Below are positions 17,778 to 26,290 of a stretch of 64,000 nucleotides of DNA, piece by piece (position 1 is the stretch's first letter; the number at the start of each line of letters is the position of its first letter). The notes under the pieces are model-generated. The model saw only the letters and a program-made list of their open reading frames with translations. It had not been told where the DNA came from and ran no database searches. The DNA is taken from assembly GCA_963675755.2 (NCBI GenBank), contig CAXXMD010000003.1:224001-288000 (forward strand). The letters are read 5' to 3'. The position numbers were made by a program, and so were the translations under genes. This stretch comes from a bacterium (GTDB lineage Bacteria > Zhuqueibacterota > Zhuqueibacteria > Residuimicrobiales > Krinioviventaceae).

Positions 17778-19214
17778 ATGAAGAAAAAAGCATTAACATC
17801 TCTATCGATCTTGCTGACAATTATTATTGTCATCACAATCCCGGTAATCTGGTTGTTAAACCCATCTACAGAAGAAAAAGATGCCTGGGCCAATGTACCG
17901 AAAAGATTACCCCAAACTAGTCATGCCGATCTTATAAAGGGCCCCTTTAAAGACGGACCCTCTGTAACCCGGGCGTGTTTAGAGTGTCATCCTGATGCTG
18001 GTGAGCAGGTCATTCACTCTGCGCACTTTACCTGGGAAAGCCCGGCAATACAACTACCCGGTAGAGATAAACCGGTTGTTTTGGGTAAAAAACACGCAAT
18101 GAACAACTTTTGTATTGGTATTACCTCAAACTGGCCTCCTTGTACCGCATGTCACACCGGTTACGGTTGGGAAGACGATTCTTTTGATTTTACCAATCAG
18201 GAACTCATTGACTGTCTTGTCTGTCACGACCATTCCGGACAATATGTAAAATCCAAAGGCGGCTACCCTGCCCCGGATGTAGACCTGGTTGCGGTAGCAA
18301 AAAGTGTTGGCCCCACCACACGAGACAACTGTGGCGGTTGTCATTTTAGAGGTGGCGGCGGTAACGCAGTAAAACATGGTGATCTGGATGAAAGTCTCTA
18401 CAATCCCAATGAGAGTATCGATATCCATATGGGTAAATACAACTTTTTATGCACCGACTGTCACCAGACTGAAAACCACAACATTAAAGGCAGATCCATA
18501 TCTGTAAGTGCCGACAATGAAAATCAGGCTTATTGCACAGATTGTCACGATCAAAAAACGCACAAAGATGAACGTATTAACACACATACAGCTTCGGTTG
18601 CCTGCCAGACTTGTCACATCCCTCATGCCGCAGTCAAAGAAGCAACCAAAATGCATTGGGACTGGTCTGAAGCGGGTAAAGATTTACCCGAGAATCCTCA
18701 CGAATATTTAAAGATCAAAGGTCGCTTTGTATATGAAAAAAATATTCAACCCGATTATTTCTGGTTTAACGGTAATGCCAAACACTATGTAATGGGAGAC
18801 AAAATAGATCCGTCTCAACCCACATTAATGAACGAACCGGATGGCAGCATCAAAGATCCCAATGCCAAAATCTGGCCGTTTAAACTACATACTGCAAAAC
18901 AAATTTATGATCCGGTTAATAATTATTTACTGGTCCCCAAGACCTTTGGTAAAGGCGGTTTCTGGACTGAATTTGACTGGGAAAAAGCGGCTGAACTGGG
19001 TTCCGAGGCAACAGGCCTTGATTACAGCGGCCAATTTGGATTTACCAATACAGTCATGTTCTGGCCCATTACACATATGGTGACATCAAAGGACAAAGCA
19101 CTGCAATGTGTTGATTGTCATGGAGAAAGTGAAAATACAAGAATGGACTGGTCCGCTTTGGGTTACGATGGTGACCCCATGTTGACTGGTGGAAGAAAAA
19201 ATAAAAATCTATAA
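17778..19214 (+). CDS. Octaheme c-type cytochrome, tetrathionate reductase (OTR) family
   Basis: Eight CXXCH motifs (CLECH, CTACH, CLVCH, CGGCH, CTDCH x2, CQTCH, CVDCH), GKKHAMNNFCI, GGGGNAVKHGDLD. N-terminal anchor begins at MKKK (17778). Confidence 0.92.
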   Translation: MKKKALTSLSILLTIIIVITIPVIWLLNPSTEEKDAWANVPKRLPQTSHADLIKGPFKDGPSVTRACLECHPDAGEQVIHSAHFTWESPAIQLPGRDKPVVLGKKHAMNNFCIGITSNWPPCTACHTGYGWEDDSFDFTNQELIDCLVCHDHSGQYVKSKGGYPAPDVDLVAVAKSVGPTTRDNCGGCHFRGGGGNAVKHGDLDESLYNPNESIDIHMGKYNFLCTDCHQTENHNIKGRSISVSADNENQAYCTDCHDQKTHKDERINTHTASVACQTCHIPHAAVKEATKMHWDWSEAGKDLPENPHEYLKIKGRFVYEKNIQPDYFWFNGNAKHYVMGDKIDPSQPTLMNEPDGSIKDPNAKIWPFKLHTAKQIYDPVNNYLLVPKTFGKGGFWTEFDWEKAAELGSEATGLDYSGQFGFTNTVMFWPITHMVTSKDKALQCVDCHGESENTRMDWSALGYDGDPMLTGGRKNKNL

Positions 19215-19231
19215 ACCATAAAGGATTCGTA

Positions 19232-21865
19232 ATGCTAAGCAAACGCTTTATATTTATCACAATCTTTTTCGCGCTACTGACAGGCCAGGTTTTTTCCGAA
19301 TCCCTTCACCCGGATGTAAAGCTGCTTGACCAAAACGGTACTCCCGTTATTACCAGTGGTTTACCTGTATCTACAATGAAAACCTGTGGAACATGTCACG
19401 ATGCTGAATATATCGCATCTCACAGTTATCATAGCACCGTTGGTTTTGACAAAAATACAGATAATGAAACAACAGATCCCGGCTTCTTTAACAATTGGGA
19501 CCCTGTCATCTATCATCGCATGATGAATGATGAACTCAAAGATGGCAACCTGGGTCTTGCAAACTGGCTCATGACCTATGGTAAAAGGCACGTGGGTGGC
19601 GGCCCTGCTGAATTCAACCAGGCAATGAAACCGTTGAATGCTCCCAATGCTCAATCAAGTAAAACTGAAAACCACTGGCACAATCCCCAAACAGGTTCAA
19701 TCGAATCCTGGAACTGGCAAAATTCGGGCATAGTAGAGATGAATTGTTTTCTTTGTCACACACCCAATCCCGACAACCAGGCAAGAATGGAAGCGCTTGA
19801 GCAAGGCCACTTTAAATGGGCAAACACGGCAACATTAACCGGTATTGCGGTTAAAAGCGGTGACCGTTATCGCTACAATACCAACAGTATAAATCCGGAT
19901 GGTACTGTAAAACGATCAGTCTTTCAGGTTACAGATCCTTCGAATGAAAATTGCGGTCTCTGTCATGGCTTGGTTAAAGATGATGAATCCAATCCTGTTG
20001 TGCTTACCGAATGTACACCTGAAAATTGGTCTACCATGACTACCGGACAGATTTTCTCGCCGCAACGGATCTCTGACAGCGGATTGAATCTTGAAGATAA
20101 ATCTGATCTGGCTTATGCCTGGGATGTACACGCGGAAAGACTTGTAAATTGTGTGGATTGCCATTTTTCAATCAACAATCCCATCTATTATCAGGAATCA
20201 GCAAAAACCCGTCCTGCTCACCTGAATTTTGATGCACGCCGGATGGATATTGACGATTACCTGTTAAAACCCAGTCACGACTTTGCATTCGGCCCCGGCA
20301 ATCACAATCCTGAAAGCAATACATTTAGCAACAATATGAGAAGATGCGAGTCTTGCCATAATATTGAGGCAACACACGATTGGTTACCTTACAAAGAAAG
20401 ACATATGCAAACCATGATATGTGAATCCTGCCACATTCCTCATATTCGCTCAACTGCCAAACAGACTGTTGACTGGACAATGATTCATCCGGATGGCACA
20501 CCAAGAACCGAGTGCAGAGGTACGGATGCGTCTGCACCCAACAGCAATACATTATTAAAAGGATATCAACCCGTACTTTTGGGTCGTGTTGAACCGGATG
20601 GAAGCTCTCGCCTTGCTCCCTATAACCTGATCACTTCATGGTTTTGGGTACAGGGTGAAAATGAAGCACCTGTATTATTAAGCGATCTGAAAAAAGCGCT
20701 GTTAAATGGTGATGCTTTTGACTCTCAGATTGTCAAGTTCCTGGATGCTAATCAAAATGGTTCTCTTGAAGACAGTGAAATGGTGTTAAATTCTACTGAA
20801 AAAATAGAGTTTATAAAATCCCGACTTTCATCTATCGGATTGACCAATTTTGCAATCAAAGGTGAAGTGAATCCTTACGGATTACACCACAATGTTACAC
20901 ATGGTGACTGGACAACCCGTACATGCGAATCCTGTCACAGTAACAAATCTAAAATATCTCAACCCATGGTTCTTGCAAGCAGCTTTCCCCCGGTTGTTCC
21001 GCAAATGATCAATCGTGGATCAATAATACCCAAAGGCAAAGTCATCACAAAAAATAAAGTGCTGGTCTTTAAACCAGCACCGGATAGGAATGGATATTAC
21101 ATTTTGGGTCACGACAAAAGTATGGTTGCCCAGGTTATCGGCGCGTTAATATTCATATCCGTCATAATTGGTATTGCCATTCATGCAACACTGCGTGTAA
21201 TTGCAACGGCAAAACACACACATGAAAAAGGACCCTTTAAAAGCATATACATGTACACCGTTTATGAAAGGTTCTGGCATTGGATGCAGGCAATAGCCAT
21301 TATTGGTTTAATTTTTACAGGCTTGACTATCCACTCTCCATTGGTATTCAAGTTCATGCCCTTCCATGTTGCGGTAATTATTCACAATGTACTGGGTTTT
21401 ATTTTACTGGGTAATGCCTTTTTGGCTGCATTTTATCATTTTTCAAGTGGTAAAATCAAAAACTATTTGCCCGAACCCAAAGGATTTTTCAGTCAGGCTA
21501 TAGATCAAACCCTGTTTTACATCAAGGGCATTTTCAAAGGCCAGCCTCACCCCTTTGAAAAAGATATTGATAAAAAACTGAATCCATTACAAAAGATAAC
21601 TTATCTTATTATATTGAATGCATTGCTTCCTATACAAATCATTACCGGCATTCTGATCTGGGGAGCACAAAGATGGCCGGCATTGGCAGAATCGTTAGGT
21701 GGATTGCTTATATTGGTTCCCTTACACTCTTTGGTCGCGTGGTTCTTTGCTGCTTTTCTCATGCTGCATATTTATTTAACCACTACCGGTTACACACCCA
21801 CATCAGCTATTCAGGCAATGATAATCGGATGGGAAAAAGTTCATACAAATCATAATGGAGATTGA
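19232..21865 (+). CDS. Multiheme c cytochrome (7 CXXCH) fused to a cytochrome b membrane domain
   Basis: Signal peptide; CGTCH, CFLCH, CGLCH, CVDCH, CESCH x3; C-terminal YERFWHWMQA, IHNVLG, KLNPLQKITY, LHSLVAWFFAAFLMLHIYL. Confidence 0.88.
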   Translation: MLSKRFIFITIFFALLTGQVFSESLHPDVKLLDQNGTPVITSGLPVSTMKTCGTCHDAEYIASHSYHSTVGFDKNTDNETTDPGFFNNWDPVIYHRMMNDELKDGNLGLANWLMTYGKRHVGGGPAEFNQAMKPLNAPNAQSSKTENHWHNPQTGSIESWNWQNSGIVEMNCFLCHTPNPDNQARMEALEQGHFKWANTATLTGIAVKSGDRYRYNTNSINPDGTVKRSVFQVTDPSNENCGLCHGLVKDDESNPVVLTECTPENWSTMTTGQIFSPQRISDSGLNLEDKSDLAYAWDVHAERLVNCVDCHFSINNPIYYQESAKTRPAHLNFDARRMDIDDYLLKPSHDFAFGPGNHNPESNTFSNNMRRCESCHNIEATHDWLPYKERHMQTMICESCHIPHIRSTAKQTVDWTMIHPDGTPRTECRGTDASAPNSNTLLKGYQPVLLGRVEPDGSSRLAPYNLITSWFWVQGENEAPVLLSDLKKALLNGDAFDSQIVKFLDANQNGSLEDSEMVLNSTEKIEFIKSRLSSIGLTNFAIKGEVNPYGLHHNVTHGDWTTRTCESCHSNKSKISQPMVLASSFPPVVPQMINRGSIIPKGKVITKNKVLVFKPAPDRNGYYILGHDKSMVAQVIGALIFISVIIGIAIHATLRVIATAKHTHEKGPFKSIYMYTVYERFWHWMQAIAIIGLIFTGLTIHSPLVFKFMPFHVAVIIHNVLGFILLGNAFLAAFYHFSSGKIKNYLPEPKGFFSQAIDQTLFYIKGIFKGQPHPFEKDIDKKLNPLQKITYLIILNALLPIQIITGILIWGAQRWPALAESLGGLLILVPLHSLVAWFFAAFLMLHIYLTTTGYTPTSAIQAMIIGWEKVHTNHNGD

Positions 21866-21871
21866 TAATAA

Positions 21872-22402
21872 ATGAAAACCAATCAAATTGAAAACGGAAA
21901 ACCGTATATGAATCCCTACCTGGCAGGAACCCTGCTTGGGATCGTACTCTTTTTAGCGTTTTTTATCACAGGGAACGGATTGGGTGCATCCGGTGGAATT
22001 AACAGAATCTTACTCTATGTTGAAGACGCGGTAGCGCCTGCTCATGTAGACCATGTGCCCTATTTATTAAGCATGGCCGGTGGAGATAAAAATCCCCTGG
22101 ATCATTGGATCGTCTTTTTAACAATTGGCACCTTGATTGGAGGCTTTATCTCCGGCCTGATCCACAAACGGGTAAAATTGAAAACAGCCAAAGGCCCCAA
22201 TATTACCAACTGGCAGCGCTGGGTATTGGCGTTTGCGGGAGGTATATTTATGGGGTATGGCGCCAGAATGGCGCGAGGCTGTACTTCCGGTCAGGCACTC
22301 TCCGGAGGAGCGGTATTGTCTGCCGGAAGCTGGGCGTTCATGTTTGCGGTTTTTGCAGGTGGTTACGCGGTTGCATGGTTTGTTAGAAAAATCTGGAATT
22401 AA
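21872..22402 (+). CDS. YeeE/YedE thiosulfate-transporter-family membrane protein
   Basis: NPYLAG, GLGASG, YGARMARGCTSGQALSG. Confidence 0.9.
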   Translation: MKTNQIENGKPYMNPYLAGTLLGIVLFLAFFITGNGLGASGGINRILLYVEDAVAPAHVDHVPYLLSMAGGDKNPLDHWIVFLTIGTLIGGFISGLIHKRVKLKTAKGPNITNWQRWVLAFAGGIFMGYGARMARGCTSGQALSGGAVLSAGSWAFMFAVFAGGYAVAWFVRKIWN

Positions 22403-22420
22403 AAAAGGACGGATAAAAAA

Positions 22421-23647
22421 ATGGCACCTTTCCCTATAGATGCAATTCTTGGTAAATTCGGAGCGTATCTGATCTACTTGTTGATCGGAGTTGGCTTTGG
22501 CTCTGTTTTAGAAATGGCAGGTTTTGCCCACTCGCCCAAACTTGCCGCTCAATTTTATTTCAAAGACATGACGGTACTAAAAGTCATGTTTACTGCAATT
22601 ATTGTTGCAATGACACTCATATTTCTCTCATCAGGCTTTATGATGCTCGACTTTGACAAGTTGTGGGTGAACCCTACCTACCTCTGGCCCGGCATTATAG
22701 GCGGATTGATTATGGGTGTAGGTTTTATAATTGGTGGATTTTGTCCCGGAACATCACTGGTTGCGTTAGCTACCTTGAGAGTAGACGGTTTCTTTTTTGT
22801 ACTGGGCGCAACCACAGGTATCTTTATTTTTGGTGAAACGGTAAGCAATTATACAGGTTTCTGGACATCTTCCTACCTGGGACGAATTATACTGCCAGAA
22901 GTCTTTCACGTTCATACTGGCGTAATTGTACTGCTCGTCATTCTCATGGCTCTCTTTATGTTTAAAGGTGGAGAGATGCTTGAAGCTGCTATTGGAAAGA
23001 AAACAATCACAAAATCAAAATGGAAAGTTGCAGGTGCCTCTGCCCTTGTTGTCTTGTCATTGTTGGGCATTGTGATTGGTCAACCTTCTGTACAGGACAA
23101 GTGGGAAATGGTCTCCAAAACCAAACAGGCACTTTTGGATGATCGCCAGGTACAAATTCATCCCGGTGAATTGCTTGACCTGATGTATGATGACAGCAAA
23201 AATCTGGTTTTGCTGGACGTACGGCCGGAAAAAGACTATAATATATTCCACATAAAAAACGCGAAAATGGTTGAATTAAATGAAATACCACAATACGCTT
23301 CAGAACTACTGCATGAACCAGCCAATACGGTAATTGTAACTATATGCAATAATGAAAAATTGTCTACTATTGCATGGCAGTGGTTAACCGCGCTAAACGT
23401 TCCCAATGTATATATTCTTGAAGGTGGCATTAACAACTGGCTTGATATTTTCGGGCATGAAGGTCATGAGAATTGTTATACCGTTAAAGACAAAGACGAT
23501 ACTTCTTTACGGCATATTTTCAACTCAGCATTAGGATCACGTTACGAAGCGGCAGAGCCGGAACCGGAACACCAGGAATCAAAACTGTTATTTGAACCCA
23601 AAGTAAAAATTGCCACCCAGGTAAGACGTCAAGGTGGTTGCGGATAA
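22421..23647 (+). CDS. YeeE/YedE membrane domain fused to a rhodanese domain
   Basis: KDMTVLKVMFTAI, GGFCPGTS; rhodanese features LLDVRPEKDY...HIKNA, ICNNE, YILEGGINNW; ends in GGCG. Confidence 0.88.
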   Translation: MAPFPIDAILGKFGAYLIYLLIGVGFGSVLEMAGFAHSPKLAAQFYFKDMTVLKVMFTAIIVAMTLIFLSSGFMMLDFDKLWVNPTYLWPGIIGGLIMGVGFIIGGFCPGTSLVALATLRVDGFFFVLGATTGIFIFGETVSNYTGFWTSSYLGRIILPEVFHVHTGVIVLLVILMALFMFKGGEMLEAAIGKKTITKSKWKVAGASALVVLSLLGIVIGQPSVQDKWEMVSKTKQALLDDRQVQIHPGELLDLMYDDSKNLVLLDVRPEKDYNIFHIKNAKMVELNEIPQYASELLHEPANTVIVTICNNEKLSTIAWQWLTALNVPNVYILEGGINNWLDIFGHEGHENCYTVKDKDDTSLRHIFNSALGSRYEAAEPEPEHQESKLLFEPKVKIATQVRRQGGCG

Positions 23648-23677
23648 AAAAAAAGCCCTTTAAAAAGGGCTTTTTTT
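23646..23677. terminator. Bidirectional terminator between convergent genes
   Basis: A-run-GCCCTT-TAAA-AAGGGC-T-run. Confidence 0.85.
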
Positions 23678-24266
23678 ATTTCAAAGGTTGTACAGGAATT
23701 CCTCGCCTGAATACCCTGATTTTTCCATTATCAAAATTCAATTTTAATGATAAAAGCAGCATTTGTGCCAGAGGATCTTTATCTGCATTATACGCATTCA
23801 CCATAACACCAAAACGTACAGATTTCGATTGTCCCGATTCTATCAGCAAATTAACATCTGCCTGGGTATCAAAATTTTGTTCTGCTAATGATTTTATTAA
23901 CCGGGGATTTTGCTGAATTTCGCTTATGGATGGTTTTACAAGAAAAGCTTTGCTGGATAGATTAACATCCAGAATTTTTTGTCCCGCTAAAGGAATCAAA
24001 AATCCTGCACCATCAGAAATCTTTTCAATGGATTTTAAAGAAAAACTGGCTGGTCCCTGATTTGTGATGCTTGTTTCATATATGGCTAAAAATGCCCACG
24101 ATTGTGAAGCTTCATCGTAAACCGGTGTCATCAATGTGTTACGTTCTTCAAGTTCAATATCAGCAAGCGCCAATTGATAAGCCAGGTTTGCTTTTAACAA
24201 ACCCAGTACGGCAATACTCAGGGCTATAATAGCAATAGCGTATAATGTGATCGTTTTCCATTTCAT
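23676..24266 (-). CDS. Hypothetical membrane-anchored protein
   Basis: N-terminal hydrophobic segment; GGAG RBS; start is either ATG 24266 or TTG 24269/24272. Confidence 0.7.
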   Translation of the reverse strand: MKWKTITLYAIAIIALSIAVLGLLKANLAYQLALADIELEERNTLMTPVYDEASQSWAFLAIYETSITNQGPASFSLKSIEKISDGAGFLIPLAGQKILDVNLSSKAFLVKPSISEIQQNPRLIKSLAEQNFDTQADVNLLIESGQSKSVRFGVMVNAYNADKDPLAQMLLLSLKLNFDNGKIRVFRRGIPVQPLK

Positions 24267-24320
24267 CAACAAATCTCCGTTTTAGAATTTTAATAATATA
24301 GGAAAACGAAAAATAAATTC

Positions 24321-25148
24321 CTATTTTATTAATAATATTTTATGAACTGCAAACATCTGCCCCAAATTGACGCGCACATAATACACACCGGATGGAACAG
24401 AATTCCCGTCCATATCAACACCAGACCATAAATATTCATACGAACCCATTTCAAGCTTTCCAAAATTATGAAACGAAATCCTTTTACTTGAAACATCATA
24501 AATTTCAAGATGTACATTTTCACTTTTAGAAATATCAAAATGTATCCGCGTTGAACTGTTGAAAGGATTTGGATAGTTCCTGACAACCAGATTCTGGCTA
24601 ACCGGATATTCCGGTTCTTTAATTTTTGTATCGATATTCCGTACAACTGCACGGAGGAGAAAATCAAGATCTTCTCTCAGCCACCAGCTTCAGCAGTCGG
24701 TATCGTAAGAATGTAGACTTATGGGTTCCTGATCATCAACACCAATTGCAAAAAAGCTGTTCGGGTTTTGTGATAGAACAAAAAAGAAATCATTATCAAC
24801 ATTGATATCCAAAGCACTGAGATCATATTCATTCCATCCGACATGCCCACCAGATATTACAAACGGATCAACGAGATCATTTCCATCCCAGGGTTTACCA
24901 TCCAAATCAGCAGGTAATATTGACAACTTGAATGCCGTAGTCTCATTTACTTCGGGCATATAATATTTAATTTTTATCAATTTTGCGGGATATTGGGACG
25001 GAGAGAATTTTGTAACGACATATATACCATTTTGTCCCATAATAAATGAATCATGAGCAATGCCATCGTCATAATAAAGCTCTTCATCTGCAAAAGAAAT
25101 TGAAAAAAGAGTTAAAACCAACAGACACATCAAAAAAACTTTGTTCAT
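24321..25148 (-). CDS. Secreted T9SS cargo protein with in-frame TGA (candidate selenocysteine, Cys-Sec motif), 275 aa
   Basis: GAGG RBS and signal peptide MNKVFLMCLLVLTLFSISFA. TGA at 24690-24692 follows DTDC; the same frame continues 122 codons: SWWLREDLDFLLRAVV...NYPNPFNSSTRIHF...WSGVDMDGNSVPSGVYYVRV...KILLIK, TAG at 24321. Confidence 0.8.
24645..24689 (-). promoter_or_regulatory. SECIS-like mRNA hairpin immediately 3' of the in-frame TGA
   Basis: Manual folding: GAGAAGAU-CUUG-AUUUUCUC upper stem at +14..+33, extendable to +12/+36, plus lower stem AGCUG/CAGUU (+1..+5 with +41..+45). Confidence 0.5.
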
Positions 25149-25174
25149 CGAATCCTCTCTGTAAAATTTCTGAT

Positions 25175-25208
25175 AAAAACACCAAAGGCCCCATAAGGGG
25201 CCTTTGGT
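25175..25208 (-). terminator. Rho-independent terminator after the PorV-family gene
   Basis: ACCAAAGGCCCC-4nt-GGGGCCTTTGGT, followed on the minus strand by GTTTTT. Confidence 0.8.
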
Positions 25209-25234
25209 TATTAACAACTCATTCGAAAATGAGA

Positions 25235-26254
25235 TTATTTCATATAGATGCTCCAGGAGATTCTGTGTACAGAGCCAAAAAACTCGCCAAAGTCACCATA
25301 GGAGTAATCAAATTTTACACCATAGTTACCCAAGGGTTTGTTGACACCAACACCAAAGGTCAATCCTTCTTCATCATAATTGAATTTGTAACCACCGCGC
25401 AGGAACAGCATATTACTCATACCATATTCAGCACCAAGGTGAATACGTTCAGAGTAATCTCTGGGGTGAATTGCATCTACTGCAACTGTCAGTTTATGCA
25501 TATCACTGTCTGCAAACAAGGTCATTACATCCATTGCCATACCAATATTGAACATCAAAGGCAATTCAAAACGTTCAAACACATAACGACCCTGGCGGGA
25601 AAAGTTGCGGATTGACATAGCAACGCGCAAATCTTTCCAACCTGTGTAATACAGGGTACCAAAATCAAATGCATTTACAGTTTGTTCATTTTGTACAACG
25701 GTTTCACCATAGACTTCATGCAAGATCAAGCTTTCATACAAGTCCTGTTTAACCATTTTTATCTGGGCACCGATTGAAAATTGGTTGCTGATACGACGAC
25801 CATAAGATAATCCTACAGCATATTCGCCAACTTCAAAGTCACCAAGGTCTTCATAACCTTGGTTTCTCAGTATAGGATCAGAACCATCATACGGACGTGT
25901 TTCTGTCATTGTACCATAGTCCATATAGATCAAGCTAACACCAAAAGTACCCCAGTTTTTAAAACCGTAAGCAACACCACCGGCATAATGTTTAATGTCG
26001 GCAATCCAATTGGTTTGGTTCATTGCAACTTCAAAGCCATCAACAAAAGCGAGACCAGCCAGATTCGAAAACATGGATGTGGCATCATCAGTAACGGCTG
26101 CACTGGCACTACCCATTGCAGAAGCACGACCACCTACATCAATTTTTAAGAACGGCATACCCGTTTGACCTAATTTATCAATAGCTTGTGACGCAGGACT
26201 AAGTCCCAATATTAATAGCGCCGTCACCAGCAAATAAAAAACAGTTTTTTTCAT
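25235..26254 (-). CDS. PorV/PorQ-family outer-membrane beta-barrel
   Basis: KLGQTGMPFLKIDVGGRASAMG, WIADIKH, HPRDYSERIHLGAEY, LRGGYKFNYDEE, HRIS. Confidence 0.9.
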   Translation of the reverse strand: MKKTVFYLLVTALLILGLSPASQAIDKLGQTGMPFLKIDVGGRASAMGSASAAVTDDATSMFSNLAGLAFVDGFEVAMNQTNWIADIKHYAGGVAYGFKNWGTFGVSLIYMDYGTMTETRPYDGSDPILRNQGYEDLGDFEVGEYAVGLSYGRRISNQFSIGAQIKMVKQDLYESLILHEVYGETVVQNEQTVNAFDFGTLYYTGWKDLRVAMSIRNFSRQGRYVFERFELPLMFNIGMAMDVMTLFADSDMHKLTVAVDAIHPRDYSERIHLGAEYGMSNMLFLRGGYKFNYDEEGLTFGVGVNKPLGNYGVKFDYSYGDFGEFFGSVHRISWSIYMK

Positions 26255-26290
26255 TTCATTTCCTCCTTATTCATGCCTTTTACCCAAAGG

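Noticed and set aside
24329-24667. 112-aa ORF on the minus strand in the ORF track
   Set aside because: It is an off-frame shadow; the T9SS CTD is encoded in the frame continuous with the ORF ending at 24690.
24690-24692. Genome-wide TGA reassignment (code 4/25) as the explanation for the in-frame TGA
   Set aside because: TGA is a normal stop for conserved genes here (e.g. pntA part 2 at 12637-12639, fni, mvaS, PorV, TonB receptor).
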